Source of the DNA: Vibrio sp. Of7-15
Lineage (GTDB): Bacteria > Pseudomonadota > Gammaproteobacteria > Enterobacterales > Vibrionaceae
NCBI RefSeq assembly: GCF_022347565.1
Contig: NZ_JAKRGH010000025.1
Coordinates: forward strand, 1-64,000
DNA length: 64,000 bases
Reading direction: 5' to 3'
The notes under the pieces were generated by a model, which saw only the letters and a program-made list of their open reading frames with translations, made no database searches and had not been told where the DNA came from. Positions within the stretch are counted from its first letter, which is position 1. The number at the start of each line of letters is the position of its first letter. Positions 61,374 to 64,000 of this stretch are shown here, piece after piece. The position numbers and the translations under genes were made by a program.

Positions 61374-61829
61374 GTGATGAACATGAAGATAAACACGTCT
61401 TTTGTGGCTGGCGTTGCTCTTGCCTTTTTTAACCATCAACCCAAAATGTTGTTACTCAAACGCGCTAAAGAAAGCTACTGGTGCCATATAGCAGGAGAAA
61501 TAGAATCAGAGGAAACCGGGTGGCAAGCCCTATTACGAGAGGTAAATGAAGAAACACAGATCTCTGTTCACAAACTCTACAACGGAGATTACCTCGAACA
61601 ATTTTATGATCCACACCAAAATCAAATCATGATGATCCCATGCTTTGTTCTCTTCTGCTCAGCAGACCCCCGAGTTATTCTTAACGAAGAACACACGGAT
61701 TATAAATGGTGTACATTAGAAGAAGCAAAAGCGCTTGCCCCTTTCCCTAACCAACACGATCTTTATGATCATATCTGGCGCTATTTTGTTCTAAAAACGC
61801 CCCCTTCATACCTAAACATTACTTTATAG
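61374..61829 (+). CDS. NUDIX hydrolase
   Basis: Nudix box GEIESEETGWQALLREVNEETQI. Confidence 0.8.
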   Translation: MMNMKINTSFVAGVALAFFNHQPKMLLLKRAKESYWCHIAGEIESEETGWQALLREVNEETQISVHKLYNGDYLEQFYDPHQNQIMMIPCFVLFCSADPRVILNEEHTDYKWCTLEEAKALAPFPNQHDLYDHIWRYFVLKTPPSYLNITL

Positions 61830-62165
61830 AAACAACGACAAAGCACCTCACAGCGTAGAATTTTATTAAAGTGTGCTTTCAAACACCTTTCACTGTTTAA
61901 AGCTCAATCATAGTTTTGAAAACAATTATTGCGAGTCACTTCAATAAAAAAGCACTATCAATATGCACCTAAAAACCTATTTTTTGCGGTCATTAAGTAA
62001 AAATTGCTCAAAAATCCACTTTTCAAATGCTTTTTCTGTCTAGTTTCATCATTTTTACTCTTAAAATAAGGTGTTTTAACGATCAGCCACATCTAAAAAG
62101 AAATAGTGTGATCGTTTAAACACCCTTAATTTAACCAATTGATTTAATTAGTCATTATTAAAAAG

Positions 62166-62930
62166 TTAAAAGTCGTACGTAATATTGACCGTGCTATAGA
62201 GCTCATCATTGTTCTGCTCTGCTGCCACTGTGCTGTTATAGATATATTCGGTATCAACCAATAAGGCGAGTTTATCCATGAGCTGGTTTTTAATGTAACC
62301 CTTCACATTTGTGCTGGTATTTTCTTCGCCATAATCCACATTTACTTTCCCACCAACTTCAAGGCTCTCCGTTAGCAATGATGTGCCTTCAATAAAACCA
62401 TTGGCAATCAATTCCTCTTGGATCTGGCTAGGGAAGTCGGGATCATCACTTTGACGCTGCGAGAAACGATAACCCGGCCCCGCACCAATGTTCACGGTAG
62501 TTTGATCATTACTGGTAATGATCGCACCAAAGCCTGCAACGACCACCACTTGATCCCGATAAGTACCGAACTGATCGTATTCATACTTGTTATGACCAAA
62601 TACAAAATTATCGTGAGTGAAATCATATTTAGCCCCATAAGTTGCGGAATACTTTTGGGTCCCATCACTTTCACTGTTGGAGTTGGTGTAATAGGTGGCT
62701 AAATCCGCTTTATGATGCCAATCCGACGGTTGGTAAACCAAAGTGGCACCAGAATTAATGGACAAAGAGGTATCGGTATTTTGTGAATAAATAAAGCCTA
62801 ATTTAACACTGCCACTATAAGGGCTTGGGTCTTGCCCATCTGTTTGGTTGTCAGTTTGGCTGTCTGTTTCTGCAAAAACAGATCCTGTGATTAAACTGCC
62901 ACATAACGGCAATAAAAGATGATATTTCAT
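62166..62930 (-). CDS. Outer-membrane beta-barrel protein (DUF481-like)
   Basis: Signal peptide MKYHLLLPLCGSLITGSVFA, alternating beta-strands and a C-terminal …ITYDF. Confidence 0.6.
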   Translation of the reverse strand: MKYHLLLPLCGSLITGSVFAETDSQTDNQTDGQDPSPYSGSVKLGFIYSQNTDTSLSINSGATLVYQPSDWHHKADLATYYTNSNSESDGTQKYSATYGAKYDFTHDNFVFGHNKYEYDQFGTYRDQVVVVAGFGAIITSNDQTTVNIGAGPGYRFSQRQSDDPDFPSQIQEELIANGFIEGTSLLTESLEVGGKVNVDYGEENTSTNVKGYIKNQLMDKLALLVDTEYIYNSTVAAEQNNDELYSTVNITYDF

Positions 62931-63154
62931 AAAATAGCTACTATTGTTTTTTCGCCATTGTAGAAACCCAAACCAACAAAATGTCATGACTTTGTTAATT
63001 CATAAAATACCATTAAAATTCAAATAACTAGTCTTTTAGCCCTTATATATACGGCCTTGTGCCACTTTGGTCATGTATTAACACCATCTATACAACAACC
63101 CTTTTGAAACCATTTTCGACCAAAGTGGCTTTCCGCTAGTACAAGATTAAGAAA

Positions 63155-64000
63155 TCAAAAAGGGCGAGGGAAAAACGTCGGTTTTCCATTAAGCATTGCA
63201 GCATTAAGCAACTGATACGTCACAAACACATCAAAACTCATGTCGCCTTCTATAACGGCGTCCAGTAACACGCTGTCTGCGAACAAACTCACCTTGGCAC
63301 TCTCTGCACTAGCTGCGAATTGCAAACTTATATCGACCTGGCTGTTCGACATCGAGAGAAAATCAACCACCTCATCTACTAGCTGGGCATTATCTAACAC
63401 CAGTGTATCCGCTTTCACATTGGCTGAAGAACGGATATTCAAACTGCCTTTAAATTCAAAAAGCGTCTCTTCAATATCTAGCATTTCATCCATCAGCTCA
63501 CCATTTGTGATTTTCACGCTGCTACCAAGTTCTGAGCTAGGGGTAAAATTAGCAGTATTTTCAACGCTCAATTCCAATAAAGAATAACTGCCCGCTGTCG
63601 CATCGACAATTTCATCAACCAACTCGCCTTCCAAAATATCTAATTGATGCCCTGAAACATTAGCGCTGTTATTTATGCCAATATATAAATCACTGCGAGT
63701 AAAATGATCTTCAATGTCAAGCGCTTCATCAATCAGTTCCCCGCCAGAGACCCTTAACTGATCAGATTCTACGTTACCAACCTGATCAAAATTCAAGTTA
63801 ACACGAATATCAGACAACATTTCACCATCTAACACCTCATCGACCAACTCCCCCTCTTCAATCTTCAATGCATCGCTAAACACATTGGCAGAAGCATCGA
63901 AATGAATGTCAAACACAGTATCTTGATATTGCTCTCCGTCGATACTTTCATCGATGAGCTCCCCTTCCTTCACCGATACAATTGGCGCAGTCACGTTTGC
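63155..64000 (-). CDS. C-terminal part of a large acidic tandem-repeat protein; the gene continues beyond the window end
   Basis: At least six roughly 35-38-aa repeats, each beginning G-E-L-[IVM]-D-E-x-[LIV]-D and rich in D/E/S/N. There is no stop before position 64000. Confidence 0.6.
   Translation of the reverse strand, partial: ANVTAPIVSVKEGELIDESIDGEQYQDTVFDIHFDASANVFSDALKIEEGELVDEVLDGEMLSDIRVNLNFDQVGNVESDQLRVSGGELIDEALDIEDHFTRSDLYIGINNSANVSGHQLDILEGELVDEIVDATAGSYSLLELSVENTANFTPSSELGSSVKITNGELMDEMLDIEETLFEFKGSLNIRSSANVKADTLVLDNAQLVDEVVDFLSMSNSQVDISLQFAASAESAKVSLFADSVLLDAVIEGDMSFDVFVTYQLLNAAMLNGKPTFFPRPF

Overview
This 64 kb window looks like a Vibrionaceae-type gammaproteobacterial chromosome segment. 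That call is an inference from creBCD, the GlyGly-CTERM proteases with a rhombosortase-like gene, and about 43-45% GC; no taxon can be read directly from the sequence. Housekeeping and regulatory genes alternate with accessory islets.

Recognisable content, in order:
- A type II R-M cassette (1-2.7 kb, minus strand): an Eco29kI-family GIY-YIG restriction endonuclease, a C5-cytosine methyltransferase, and an adjacent T5orf172 (GIY-YIG superfamily) protein.
- An MCP chemoreceptor.
- An RNA-repair locus: rtcA and rtcB with an SPFH/band-7 gene as first cistron, divergent from the sigma54 activator rtcR. The intergenic region holds tRNA-like (Y-RNA/YrlA-like) elements and a sigma54-type promoter.
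- TetR, an NADP-dependent oxidoreductase and a GST.
- An LVIVD beta-propeller protein.
- Three tandem GNATs, a DUF1330 protein and a DJ-1/PfpI protein.
- An unusual three-gene module: a coiled-coil protein, a ClpB-like double-AAA+ protein whose D1 Walker A is degenerate, and a membrane protein.
- An outer-membrane barrel, then two paralogous trypsin-like GlyGly-CTERM serine proteases beside an OmpR/HK two-component pair, with a rhomboid (rhombosortase-like) gene about 10 kb away.
- A GGDEF cyclase.
- A eukaryote-like pair that reads as one operon: a pepsin-like A1 aspartic protease plus a tandem avidin/streptavidin-like protein. Both lack signal peptides.
- An AT-rich islet of orphan hypotheticals bounded by two degenerate IS982 5'-end remnants.
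- A GlpQ-like phosphodiesterase and creBCD.
- A substrate-binding protein, an RDD protein, two GNATs, a LysE exporter, a lipoprotein and an alpha/beta hydrolase.
- A (CCCTTACA)x10 octamer microsatellite.
- A NUDIX hydrolase and an outer-membrane barrel.
- The C-terminal part of a large acidic-repeat protein that runs off the window end.

The candidates I rate most novel are the pepsin-like/avidin-like operon, the ClpB-like/coiled-coil/membrane trio, and the tRNA-like RNAs embedded in the rtc locus.
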